64,000 nucleotides of DNA, taken from assembly GCA_963674595.2 (NCBI GenBank), contig CAXXFV010000023.1, forward strand, positions 64,001-128,000, in the 5' to 3' direction. The notes beneath the pieces are model-generated. The model was not told the DNA's origin. It was given only the letters and a program-made list of their open reading frames with translations, and made no database searches. A program made the position numbers and the translations under genes. Positions 10,695-20,781 of the stretch are shown here, piece by piece; position 1 is the stretch's first letter, and each line of letters starts with the position of its first letter. Source of the DNA: a bacterium. Lineage in GTDB: Bacteria; Zhuqueibacterota; Zhuqueibacteria; Residuimicrobiales; Krinioviventaceae.

Positions 10695-12959
10695 ATGAGA
10701 TCAATGCATAAAGGCGAGTTGTCTTCACTTACAGATGATTTTGTGCCTGCAGAATTTTTACATGAATCGAATGATCCCTATTTTTTAAGAAATTCCATTA
10801 CAAATCCGGATCGGTTTCGTGATCTAAAGGCGGACGAAATCGAGACGTTGGTCAAAAATATGAACACAGCACAGAACTGGAATAAAATTCAGGTTACTGA
10901 TAATTTTAATCCTGCTCTTGTCAGGTCCTGTGAATTTTTGGGGATGGTCCGAATTGGTGATTTGGAAGAAAATTTTTTGGAATATCATGATATCCGTTTA
11001 CCGGTCGGTCTATCAAATTGTGTTATAGAATCCTGCGATATTGGTAATAATGTGGTTTTGCGAAATATCGCCTACATTGCCCATTACATCATTAAAGACG
11101 AATGTATTTTATTTAATATCGATGAGATGATAACAACCAATCACGCTAAATTTGGTGTTGGAGTTGTGAAAGACGGTGAACCGGAAAGTGTGCGTATATG
11201 GCTGGAATTGGGTAATGAAAACGGCGGACGTGCTGTTTTGCCCTTTTCCGGGATGCTTTCGGCAGACGCCTATTTGTGGTCAAAATTTCGCGGTAACACC
11301 ACATTAATGGAGCGCCTGAAAGAGCTAACGGAAAAAACGAGCGACACTCAACGCGGATATTACGGGTGCGTTGAAAACCGCTCTGTTATTAAAAATTCAA
11401 GAATTATCAAGGATGTAAATATTGGGTCAGATGCCTATATCAAGGGGGCCAATAAGCTTAAAAATTTGACAATTTTATCTTCCGGCAAGGAACCTACCCA
11501 GATCGGGGAGGGAGTTGAACTTGTAAACGGTATTGTCGGTTATGGCGCCAGAGTTTTTTATGGATGCAAAGGTGTTCGTTTCATAATGGACAGAAATACC
11601 CAGTTGAAATATGGCGCCCGGTTAATAAATTCCTATCTCGGTGCAAATTCAACCGTTTCCTGCTGTGAAATTTTGAATAATCTTATTTTTCCTTTTCACG
11701 AGCAGCATCATAATAACTCTTTTCTGATTGCCACCACAGTCATGGGACAGAGCAATATCGCTGCCAGCGCGACCATCGGCAGTAATCATAATTCACGGTC
11801 CCCGGATGGTGAAATAACAGCCGGACGTGGATTTTGGCCGGGGCTGTGCAGTAATTTTAAACATAACAGCCGGTTTGCCTCTTTTGTTCTTGTTTCCAAA
11901 GGTAATTATCGGTATGAGCTGAATATTAAAATTCCATTTTCATTAGTCAGTCAAAATATTCCGGAGGATCGTTTACAGGTTATGCCGGCCTATTGGTTTT
12001 TGTACAATATGTATGCTATTGCCCGCAATGACTGGAAATTTGCCAAACGCGACAAAAGGGCTGTTAAAGAGCAGAACATTGAGATGAATGTTCTGGCCCC
12101 GGACACGGTTGAGGAAATGTTTTCTGCTATTGATCTATTATTACCGGCAATCGGTCATGGAATTGTTCAGTATAAAGGAAATAAAGTTGATGAAAATATT
12201 CCTGAAAAAGAATTGACGGAAATTGCCAATGATTTTTTAAATACATATCAGGGTGATGAACAACTCAAAAGAATTGAAAATAAAATCAAGGTACATCTGG
12301 ACGGATTTGAAAATTCCAGAAAATATACAGAAATCCTAAAACCAATCAGCGGTGTTTTAGCGTACAAGGACATGATTTTATATTATGCTATGACCACGTT
12401 GCTGGAATTTTTGCAAAATGAACAAAATCAAACCCTGTTGAATAAAGTATCCGGATTGTCGGACCTTTCGGATTTATTTACAAATCCGTTTGATAAACAC
12501 TGGTGGAATTTAGGCGGTCAGCTTGTTTATCAGGATGATCTTGACGAGTTGATAGGAGACATTAATTCCAAAAAACTGGATTCATGGCAGGATATTCATC
12601 AGCGTTACCATGCTTTGTGGAAAATTTATCCTTTCCAAAAAGCTAGTCATGCCTGTTTTTCTTTACAGCGGGTGCTTGGTAAATCTTTGACGGAACTAGC
12701 GAATAAAGATTGGGTTGATTTGTTTCAGAAAACCCTGGATATTCAAATAGAAATCGAAAACAGAACGCGCAAATCAAGGGAAAAAGATTTTATAAATGAT
12801 TTTCGTAAAATGGTATACGAAAATGATGAGGAAATGAAAGCTGTAATCGGTAATCCTGATGATGATGGTTTTTTAGAGGTGATGCGGGATAAAACAGTTG
12901 CCTTGAAAAACAATATCGATGTTGTCGTCAACCAGTATTATCGTAAAAAGAGGGAGTAA
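10695..12959 (+). CDS. DUF4954 family protein (left-handed beta-helix)
   Basis: NENGGR, HEQHHNNSFL, GSNHNSR; hexapeptide-like repeats. Confidence 0.8.
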   Translation: MRSMHKGELSSLTDDFVPAEFLHESNDPYFLRNSITNPDRFRDLKADEIETLVKNMNTAQNWNKIQVTDNFNPALVRSCEFLGMVRIGDLEENFLEYHDIRLPVGLSNCVIESCDIGNNVVLRNIAYIAHYIIKDECILFNIDEMITTNHAKFGVGVVKDGEPESVRIWLELGNENGGRAVLPFSGMLSADAYLWSKFRGNTTLMERLKELTEKTSDTQRGYYGCVENRSVIKNSRIIKDVNIGSDAYIKGANKLKNLTILSSGKEPTQIGEGVELVNGIVGYGARVFYGCKGVRFIMDRNTQLKYGARLINSYLGANSTVSCCEILNNLIFPFHEQHHNNSFLIATTVMGQSNIAASATIGSNHNSRSPDGEITAGRGFWPGLCSNFKHNSRFASFVLVSKGNYRYELNIKIPFSLVSQNIPEDRLQVMPAYWFLYNMYAIARNDWKFAKRDKRAVKEQNIEMNVLAPDTVEEMFSAIDLLLPAIGHGIVQYKGNKVDENIPEKELTEIANDFLNTYQGDEQLKRIENKIKVHLDGFENSRKYTEILKPISGVLAYKDMILYYAMTTLLEFLQNEQNQTLLNKVSGLSDLSDLFTNPFDKHWWNLGGQLVYQDDLDELIGDINSKKLDSWQDIHQRYHALWKIYPFQKASHACFSLQRVLGKSLTELANKDWVDLFQKTLDIQIEIENRTRKSREKDFINDFRKMVYENDEEMKAVIGNPDDDGFLEVMRDKTVALKNNIDVVVNQYYRKKRE

Positions 12960-12966
12960 CAAGTGA

Positions 12967-13770
12967 ATGAAAATCTATATAACGCCGAACTATGATGTGA
13001 TGAGTAAAGCGGCCGCTCGTATTATTGCTGATTTGGTCAATAATAAAGCTAATGCTGTTCTCGGGCTGGCAACAGGAGGAACGCCAATCGGTACTTATCA
13101 GGAATTGATACGGATGCATGAACAGGAAAATCTTGATTTTTCCCAAATTGTCACCTTTAATCTGGACGAATATTTGGGCATCGGTTTGGAACCGGAAAAG
13201 AATTATCATCAGGACCAAAGTTATGGCCGGTTTATGTATGAAGAGTTATTCAAACATATCAATATTTCCCCCGAAAAGTGCCATATTCCGGACGGTAAAA
13301 CTGAAAATCCTGAAAAACATTGTTTGGAATATGAAGGCAGTATTAAAAAGGCAGGCGGTATTGACCTGCAATTGCTGGGTATCGGTGGTGACGGACACCT
13401 GGCGTTTAATGAACCGGGTTCTTCTTTATATTCGCGCACACGGATTGTTGATCTGCATGCCCGGACAATTGAAGACAACTGGCACAGCTTTTTTAAAAAT
13501 AGCGGGTTTGTAAAAACGGACATGCCCCGTCAAGCGTTGACGATGGGCGTGGGGACTATACTGGAATCCCGGCACGCTGTAATGCTTGCCTCGGGAAAAC
13601 AAAAAGCTGAAATAATCGCCAGGGCATTGGAAGGACCTGTAACATCACAAGTTACCGCTACTGCCCTGCAACTGCATCCCGGAAAAGTCACCGTCATACT
13701 GGACAAAGAAGCCGCTTCTGAACTTGTAAACAGGCAGATTTGTTATGAAATAGATGATATAGATTCTTAA
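12967..13770 (+). CDS. nagB: Glucosamine-6-phosphate deaminase
   Basis: LGLATGGTP, FNLDEY, LGIGGDGHLAFNEPG, ALTMGVGTI. Confidence 0.95.
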   Translation: MKIYITPNYDVMSKAAARIIADLVNNKANAVLGLATGGTPIGTYQELIRMHEQENLDFSQIVTFNLDEYLGIGLEPEKNYHQDQSYGRFMYEELFKHINISPEKCHIPDGKTENPEKHCLEYEGSIKKAGGIDLQLLGIGGDGHLAFNEPGSSLYSRTRIVDLHARTIEDNWHSFFKNSGFVKTDMPRQALTMGVGTILESRHAVMLASGKQKAEIIARALEGPVTSQVTATALQLHPGKVTVILDKEAASELVNRQICYEIDDIDS

Positions 13771-13791
13771 TATTTTATATTTTATTATTAA

Positions 13792-16215
13792 TTGGAGGAA
13801 TGTGTGAAAATCAAATCCCTTATAACAACCATTTTAATTCTGGTTCCCTTTTGTCTTTCCCATGCAGATGATTTGTCGCAGTGGACCAATCATCTTATTC
13901 CCTTACCGAAAGAAATAACGATAACAGGTGAAACAAGCATTGCATCCGACAGCATTATGCTGGTCCTTCCTGAAACAAAAGATATTCTCATTCAAGCGGC
14001 TGTTAAGGAATTGGGAATTTCATCCGCTAATAAAAGTCCTTTTACGATTCAGTTATGTTTGACGAGTGAAAAAAAAGTTTCAAAAAAGGTAAAAAAATCA
14101 TTGGCCAAGGTCGCTAATTCTGAACAAGCTTATGCCATTCAGCCGATTGAAAAAGATGGTGAATTTATTGGATTGCAATTTATAGCCAATTCACCGATTG
14201 GGCTGCTTTACGCCGTCCGGACTTTTGTACAGTTGGTGCCGGTAAATGAAACCTTTTGGGAGATTCCTCAGGTAACTGTTTTGGACTGGCCGGACCTGTC
14301 CGAACGCGGAGAATGGGGCTGGAATTTGCCTCATGACAAATTTGGACTGGCTGCGTTGAAAATGAATGAAGTGGAAATGCATTCCCGTTTGGGATTTTTT
14401 GAGGACGGGCAACCCCGAGCCCGGTTTGATGAAGACATGCTGCGAGAAGCGCATCAAATTGGTATTCAGATTGTTCCTGTAATCAGTCACATGGAGCAAT
14501 TGGCAAAAACAGGATTGTTCAAATATTATCCGGAATTGGCGGCTGTGCCGGAGCCCGGAAAACCGTTACCAACGGATTATCAGCCGGCATTGTGTTTTTC
14601 TCATCCCAATGCCGTACCTGTTATCGCTGCCTGGATGCGTCAATTACTTTCCTATGACCGGGTCAATGATATCAATGTCTGGCTTGCGGAACTTGACGCT
14701 CCCTGTTATTGTGATCGCTGTAAAGGCGGTGAACCTTTTGAAATGCAAACCCGGGGTATTGTTAAAGCATTTCGTGAAGTGAAAAAAGAGTTTCCAAATG
14801 CACACATGCGTTTGCTGCTCACTCAGGCCAGTTATAAAGTGAATGACAAAATTTTGTCTGCAATAGATCCGGACACCCGAATAACATATTATCATGGTCA
14901 TAAAACCTATGACAGCTCACGTGATCCCATGATCTATCCTTTACTGGAAGATTTTTCACGATCAGGCGGATGGCTGGGCGTTTATCCGCAATTGACAAAT
15001 TCCTGGCGTACGGTTTTTCCCTTTACAGGACCGCAGTTTATTCAGGCCAGAATGCAGGAATTTGTGGATAAAAAGCTGCAAAGCTTTAGCGGATATGCCA
15101 CACCGGCCAACTGGTATTATGATTTTAATATTGCCGCTTCCGCCGAATGGAGCTGGAACAGTCACGGGCGTTCTGTTCATGAATTTGCAGCCGCCTATGC
15201 TACACTTATCGGGCTGGAGAATCCTCAGGCCTTTGCCGACTGGGCAGAGCTGATTGGTGATATCGGCTGGAACCTGGCTGAAAGCCGGGTTGTGGAAAGT
15301 TTTATTTTTAATGCCGGAAATGCCGTTTTTATCGATGGTGTTATTACCGACGGTACATTATATTCAAAGGAAAATCCTATAACATTCGGAAAAGGAATCC
15401 TAAGGTCCTATCCGGATATGAACGCGCTGGACAATGATGTTTTACGGGCCCAAAAAGCTTTAACTATGGCAGAACAGGCCGCTGAACCTTTGATGATAGA
15501 TGAGTCCATGTGCGTGTTGGGGACATTAAACTATGTAAAATCTTATAAAATTTGTGCCGATTTGCTGAATACTCCGGATGTTGAAAAAAGCCAATTTAAT
15601 AATGCATTAAACCGGCTTGATAAAGATGCAATGTATTTAACAGTTGTAATGAATCAGTGGGGTGCACGACAATATCCTGCAGAGCGGAATTTTGTACATT
15701 ATCGGCTGAGAGATTCAATTGATTTTGCGGCCAACAACAGTGAAATGATCAGACAGGCTGCGCTCAAGATTCTGCCCGACGACCCCTATGAAGAGTATCG
15801 TTTTCAGCAGGTTTCCGAATGGACGACCAGTGATTTTGATACGACTGATAAAGCTGTTTTTTGGATGGATATCACGGACTATCTGGGGCGATGTGGTGAA
15901 TACGATGTTCGGTTTATGTTTGAAGAGGGAACATCCGGTGTTTATACGAACAGCGTCACCCTGTTAATGGGGCCATCCAAAGAATCGGCGAATCCCATAG
16001 ATTTGGACAAGTGGGAAGCAAAATTAAGCCGTTATGGCCGTTATATTGAATACTGGATAACCGTACCTGAAATGCCTAAAAAATTATCTACCATCAAAGA
16101 CAGATATTTTATCAAGGCAGAAATTACCGGTCCAAAAATGGAACTACCGGCAGAACGACGGCAAACAAACGGTAAGATTTTTATCCGCAAATCCTGGCGG
16201 GATGCGGTGTTATAA
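13792..16215 (+). CDS. Secreted GH20-fold (zincin-like N-domain) glycoside-hydrolase-like protein; start probably GTG 13804
   Basis: Signal peptide; LIPLPKEI, EQAYAI, GLLYAVRT, DWPDLSERG; CYCDRC. Confidence 0.65.
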   Translation: MEECVKIKSLITTILILVPFCLSHADDLSQWTNHLIPLPKEITITGETSIASDSIMLVLPETKDILIQAAVKELGISSANKSPFTIQLCLTSEKKVSKKVKKSLAKVANSEQAYAIQPIEKDGEFIGLQFIANSPIGLLYAVRTFVQLVPVNETFWEIPQVTVLDWPDLSERGEWGWNLPHDKFGLAALKMNEVEMHSRLGFFEDGQPRARFDEDMLREAHQIGIQIVPVISHMEQLAKTGLFKYYPELAAVPEPGKPLPTDYQPALCFSHPNAVPVIAAWMRQLLSYDRVNDINVWLAELDAPCYCDRCKGGEPFEMQTRGIVKAFREVKKEFPNAHMRLLLTQASYKVNDKILSAIDPDTRITYYHGHKTYDSSRDPMIYPLLEDFSRSGGWLGVYPQLTNSWRTVFPFTGPQFIQARMQEFVDKKLQSFSGYATPANWYYDFNIAASAEWSWNSHGRSVHEFAAAYATLIGLENPQAFADWAELIGDIGWNLAESRVVESFIFNAGNAVFIDGVITDGTLYSKENPITFGKGILRSYPDMNALDNDVLRAQKALTMAEQAAEPLMIDESMCVLGTLNYVKSYKICADLLNTPDVEKSQFNNALNRLDKDAMYLTVVMNQWGARQYPAERNFVHYRLRDSIDFAANNSEMIRQAALKILPDDPYEEYRFQQVSEWTTSDFDTTDKAVFWMDITDYLGRCGEYDVRFMFEEGTSGVYTNSVTLLMGPSKESANPIDLDKWEAKLSRYGRYIEYWITVPEMPKKLSTIKDRYFIKAEITGPKMELPAERRQTNGKIFIRKSWRDAVL

Positions 16216-16222
16216 TTTGAAT

Positions 16223-16252
16223 AAAAAAAGGAGGCAATCGCCTCCTTTTTTT
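16223..16252. terminator. Bidirectional intrinsic terminator
   Basis: aaaaaaa-GGAGGC-aatc-GCCTCC-ttttttt between convergent genes. Confidence 0.85.
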
Positions 16253-16790
16253 ATTTTAAATGTTTCCCGGATTCGATATAGGGTTTGAATCGATCAACCA
16301 AAAAATGGCGCCAAACTTTATCAACAATCTCTTTTGTGCCTTTAGCAATTTCCCCGGAAGCATGTACATCAAGTTGCAGTCGTGTAGAATCTTTTTCTAC
16401 AGGTGTAAATGTATAGGTACACACCATTTGCAATGCCTTGCCCGAAAAACCCAGGGGACCGTCAAAGCGTAATATTTTGCCCCTGTGTGCCAGAATCACC
16501 GTAGCATGTTTGGCCCCGTTGCCGCTTTCATTAAATATTTCATAAAAACCACCGCCGGGTTTCGGTTCAATGTATAATTTTAACGGCTTTTCAGAAAACG
16601 AATGGTCCCACCATTCGGAAATGTCGCCGGTTATGGCGTCGTAAATTGTTTCCGGTGTTCCGGGGAGGATCAATTTTTGTTCAAAAGAAAACGTGCTGTA
16701 ATTTGAACCCTCTCCCTGCGTTGATTCTTTCTCACAGTGACAGAACAACACCAAAACCAGTAACAGGCTGGAAATTTTATATATGTTCAT
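16251..16790 (-). CDS. SRPBCC/START-fold lipoprotein
   Basis: ATG 16790 after GAGG; lipobox-like LFCHC; DISEWWDH, GGGFYE, GPLG. Confidence 0.7.
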   Translation of the reverse strand: MNIYKISSLLLVLVLFCHCEKESTQGEGSNYSTFSFEQKLILPGTPETIYDAITGDISEWWDHSFSEKPLKLYIEPKPGGGFYEIFNESGNGAKHATVILAHRGKILRFDGPLGFSGKALQMVCTYTFTPVEKDSTRLQLDVHASGEIAKGTKEIVDKVWRHFLVDRFKPYIESGKHLK

Positions 16791-16833
16791 AACTGCCTCT
16801 AATAAAAGTGTAATTAGTGAAAAAAAAGTTTGT

Positions 16834-18183
16834 CTATTTTTTACGCCTGCACACGATTGTAACACAAAGCAGTAAAAACACAGCCGTCATGCTGAAAAAC
16901 AGAGACTGACGGATGAAATAGGTCTTTTTACCCTCTGTCGGCATGAATGAATAGGCAAGCGGTGGTTTAAATAAATAGGTTTTAACGTTTGTCCAGAAAA
17001 AGGCCTTGTCTTTTAAAAGCATTGAATAAATGTTGCGGATCTCTTCACAATTTGGTGTTCGGCGGTATTTTATGATCGCGTTTTTAACAAGCTGTCCTTT
17101 AACGACCCGGTTACACCAAGAGAGCGGAACGGTAACAATAGAATCTTTACCGGCATCTATATCCAGCTTTTCCCATTCCCAGTCCTTATAAATCCTGGCA
17201 AAAGTGCTGTCAAAAGCATCATACTGGTTCAGGTGAAAAAGGTCTGCCGTATTAAGCACAAGACCATTTCTGTCTGTAATATAAATGTGGCTGTGTGCCA
17301 GGTCTACAAATGTCCACCGGTTCTGTTCTTTGATATAAGATTCAGCCCAGGAATGCCCTGTATAGGTAATGGTATTGTCCTGGGTATTGGCCCCAAAAAG
17401 ATAACGCGTGGGAATTCCGGCCCGATTGGCAAAAAATGTATAAATTTGTGCGTGTTGGGTGCACCATCCTTTGCCGGTGCCGTTTACCATTTCCTGGTAA
17501 ATCAACCAGGGATTCATCCAGCGAAAATCATCTTTTGGTACGCCCCGAGCATTTTTTAAGGCAATTCTGAGGTACTTTGATAATTTTTCCATTTTTGTAA
17601 AAGTGGGGTCTGATGGAAGAATGCCCATTTCATTACAAATAATGTCATCCGCTTTTTTTAAATTTTCTTCACCAACATAGGCATAATCATCCAGCCAGTA
17701 ACTCACGGGGTATTGTTTAAAGGAGCCGTATGGTACGTCTGACGTTATGGTATAAACATCATTGCGTTTCATACCACGTTCTGCATAATATTCTTTAGAA
17801 ATAAAACGTATATCGAAATCAAGGTTCGGACCGTTGCCTTCCGGCAGGGGTTTTAAGGTATATTTTTTATATTCAAGCTCATCTCCGTTTAGTTTTATTC
17901 TGGGCTTTGTACCATAAATGATTTCTGTTGGTACATCATCAATAAAAAGCTGCCATTTTTCAGCCTGTCCGGACCAGGTAATATTCAGTTCCAGAACATC
18001 CCGATCAATTATTTTCCAGTTTTTAATGCTGGGTACATCCAGCGGGTAATAGAGCGTTGCATAGCTGGTGGGGTAATAGGATTGTTCCCAGTCGCGTTTT
18101 AAAAACACCCAAATATTTACAATGAGTAGAATGATTAAGAGGAAAGCGGTCCATAAAACAGGACGGTTCAGAGAGCATTTCAT
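16834..18183 (-). CDS. Transglutaminase-like membrane-anchored protein
   Basis: Catalytic triad motifs GWCTQHA / GHSWAE / WTFVD; N- and C-terminal TM. Confidence 0.8.
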   Translation of the reverse strand: MKCSLNRPVLWTAFLLIILLIVNIWVFLKRDWEQSYYPTSYATLYYPLDVPSIKNWKIIDRDVLELNITWSGQAEKWQLFIDDVPTEIIYGTKPRIKLNGDELEYKKYTLKPLPEGNGPNLDFDIRFISKEYYAERGMKRNDVYTITSDVPYGSFKQYPVSYWLDDYAYVGEENLKKADDIICNEMGILPSDPTFTKMEKLSKYLRIALKNARGVPKDDFRWMNPWLIYQEMVNGTGKGWCTQHAQIYTFFANRAGIPTRYLFGANTQDNTITYTGHSWAESYIKEQNRWTFVDLAHSHIYITDRNGLVLNTADLFHLNQYDAFDSTFARIYKDWEWEKLDIDAGKDSIVTVPLSWCNRVVKGQLVKNAIIKYRRTPNCEEIRNIYSMLLKDKAFFWTNVKTYLFKPPLAYSFMPTEGKKTYFIRQSLFFSMTAVFLLLCVTIVCRRKK

Positions 18184-18246
18184 TTTTTTCTCCTTTATAC
18201 GAGCGTATGATTTTATGCATCAATGTCGTACAAAGCAAGAAAAAAA

Positions 18247-19683
18247 TCAAGCTGTTTTAGAATTTTTTAATTGTTTTAATATAGAGGGTAAATATTGAAA
18301 AAGATAATCAATGTCCTGCAGGGTATTTTCAAGACCAAAGCTGAAGCGGATAATTCCATAATCCCTGGTGTCGGTTCCGAGAGAACGAATAACATGCGAG
18401 GTTTCCGTACTTCCCGCACTACAGGCCGACCCGGAGGAAACGTATATACCGATTTCATTTAAACTTAATAAAAGGGCACCGCTGTCAATGCCTTTAAACC
18501 CAATATTCAAATTATTGGTGAGCCTGTTATTTAAAGAACCGTTTATGATAAAATCAGAGGTTGTATTTTTCAGTTTTTCGAGAAAATATGTTTGCAGTGT
18601 TTTAAAACGATTATATTCCTGAACTCTTTCACTAACAGCAATTTTGGCAGCTTTTGCCAATGCGGCGATATAGGCAATATTTTCAGTACCGGCACGTTGC
18701 CCATGTTCCTGACTGCCGCCGTGAATAAGGGGTGATATTTTTGTGTCTTTGCTGATATATAAAGCACCAATGCCTTTGGGAGCATAAATTTTATGTCCGG
18801 ATAATGATAACAATGAAATACCGGTGGTTTTTGGAGCAAGTTGTATTTTGGCAAAAGCCTGAATGGCATCAACCATAAATGGAATGTTGTACGTGTTGCA
18901 AATTGCACCAATTTTGTCAATTGGGTTTATTGTTCCGATTTCATTATTAACCGCCATTATAGAAACAAGAATAGTATTTTTTTTGATCATTTTTTCGAGA
19001 TTGGTAATATCTACCAAACCATCGGGTGTAATATCCAGATAAGAAACCTGAAATCCCAATGTTTCCAGCCATCGCAGTGTTTTCAGAACAGAGGAATGTT
19101 CGTATTTACTGCTGATAATATGTCCCTTTTTATCAAGATGTTGAAAAGCAATTCCTTTTATGGCAAGATTATTGGCCTCTGATCCGCTTCCGGTGAAAAT
19201 AATCTCTTCCGGCAATACATCAAGCGTTTTGGCAATTGTGCTCCGTGCTTTTTCAATTTCTTCATAGGCATTTTTTCCAAGAACGGTGCTGTTACTGGGA
19301 TTACCAAAACCAAATGGATTATCAAAATAGTTATTGAGGACCTTTTTGACTTCGGGACGGATATAGGTTGTTGAATTATGGTCCAGATAAACATGCCGGA
19401 TTTTGTCTACATCAACGTGGGCAATGGGTTTACAGCCGTCATTCGTTGTTTGTATGGGAATGCCGACCCATGAATATACCGAGTTTAATTCATGCGGGAA
19501 CAAGCTTTTCAACTCTTCTCTTGTTACCCCCAATGATTTATATAGGATATGATAAAGCGGTCCAACACGATATTTATGATAATGCTCGTAGGCAAAATTT
19601 AAAATTTCGTAATGCCTGTGGTCAAGTGTTGTATTTGTTAAGCGGGCCATTTGGTGAATGGTTGTTTTGACAAGATTATCCAT
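18247..19683 (-). CDS. Group I cysteine desulfurase (IscS/NifS-like) with N-terminal TusE/DsrC-like domain
   Basis: YLDHNSTT, GNPS, SGHKIYAPKG (PLP Lys), SSGSAC (catalytic Cys); ~90-aa DsrC-like extension. Confidence 0.9.
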   Translation of the reverse strand: MDNLVKTTIHQMARLTNTTLDHRHYEILNFAYEHYHKYRVGPLYHILYKSLGVTREELKSLFPHELNSVYSWVGIPIQTTNDGCKPIAHVDVDKIRHVYLDHNSTTYIRPEVKKVLNNYFDNPFGFGNPSNSTVLGKNAYEEIEKARSTIAKTLDVLPEEIIFTGSGSEANNLAIKGIAFQHLDKKGHIISSKYEHSSVLKTLRWLETLGFQVSYLDITPDGLVDITNLEKMIKKNTILVSIMAVNNEIGTINPIDKIGAICNTYNIPFMVDAIQAFAKIQLAPKTTGISLLSLSGHKIYAPKGIGALYISKDTKISPLIHGGSQEHGQRAGTENIAYIAALAKAAKIAVSERVQEYNRFKTLQTYFLEKLKNTTSDFIINGSLNNRLTNNLNIGFKGIDSGALLLSLNEIGIYVSSGSACSAGSTETSHVIRSLGTDTRDYGIIRFSFGLENTLQDIDYLFQYLPSILKQLKNSKTA

Positions 19684-19697
19684 AATTTCTTTCTCTG

Positions 19698-20636
19698 TTA
19701 AAAATCGCCGGCGGATGGATACATGTGAAACGGAAAACCATTTTGTGAACGTTGCATGGCATCTACTATGGTTTCGAAAATTTTAAACGGCATTGCCAGT
19801 CCCAGCCGTTCTGCCTCATACTGGGCTATAATTCGGCTTCCAAGACAATAGGATGAAACATTTATTTGTTGTTCGAGATAAGGACGGGCAATCAGATCGG
19901 AGCCGACCGCACGCAGCCCTCCCATATTGGCGATGACTCTTTTTCCTGTATCGTATTGAAAAGCCTGAATAATACGTGTCAGTTCTACCGGTCTGACATC
20001 ACATAAAACCAGGTCAGGCTCAAGGTCATAGTCCTTTGAATAAAAAAACACGGCCTGTGTCGTTGCCGGTTGAATGGCCGTCATCTCCGCTACGGCTGCT
20101 TTGGCGGTATCAACATCTTTGAATCTGCCGCTGTCCTTTTCACCAAAAAGACAAAATTCTTTTTTACCGGCTGCATGACAGGCATAAACAAGACCGTCTG
20201 TAAAATCTTTGGGAGAAGGCGGAACAAAATTGTTTTTTTCGTTATATTGTTCGCGCATTAAATCCGTATAAACTCGCGGACCTTTTAAGGGATTTGGATC
20301 ATTCTGATCTACGAGTCCGAGAGAAATTGCAGCGGCAATACAGCCGATGTTTTCTTTAGACAGGCATATTGCATCACCTGTTGACGCTTGTCTTACGGCC
20401 TGGCAAGATGTCAGCGAAATAGAGTCGGGATGATGCTCCCATACTGCGTCCGGAACAGTGTCGGTTTGTTTGTAAATTTTGATAAAAGTAGTGGGTATTT
20501 CCAGTCCCTCTATGCCGAAACTGTGTACCAGATTATCATAAAGGTGTGTCAGGTCGATTTCTTTCATCTCCTTGAATTCCATTGTGTTATGTCTGTTTGT
20601 AGAAAAGAAGATCAAAATAGTATTCAAAAAATACAA
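19698..20636 (-). CDS. DUF169 family protein (true start probably ~20582)
   Basis: SCQAVRQA, GCIAAAISLG, PDLV, SSYCLGSR. Confidence 0.75.
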   Translation of the reverse strand: MYFLNTILIFFSTNRHNTMEFKEMKEIDLTHLYDNLVHSFGIEGLEIPTTFIKIYKQTDTVPDAVWEHHPDSISLTSCQAVRQASTGDAICLSKENIGCIAAAISLGLVDQNDPNPLKGPRVYTDLMREQYNEKNNFVPPSPKDFTDGLVYACHAAGKKEFCLFGEKDSGRFKDVDTAKAAVAEMTAIQPATTQAVFFYSKDYDLEPDLVLCDVRPVELTRIIQAFQYDTGKRVIANMGGLRAVGSDLIARPYLEQQINVSSYCLGSRIIAQYEAERLGLAMPFKIFETIVDAMQRSQNGFPFHMYPSAGDF

Positions 20637-20781
20637 AAATCATACCATGTTACATTGTGAAAAAAGTCTTTATTTTTTTCAAGAAATAAACTATGTTTCA
20701 GTACATAAAGATTGCTTGCTGTTATTATATATTTTTAATCTCATATTTTTGTTATTGAAAATCCGTTAATGAGGAGAAAAG

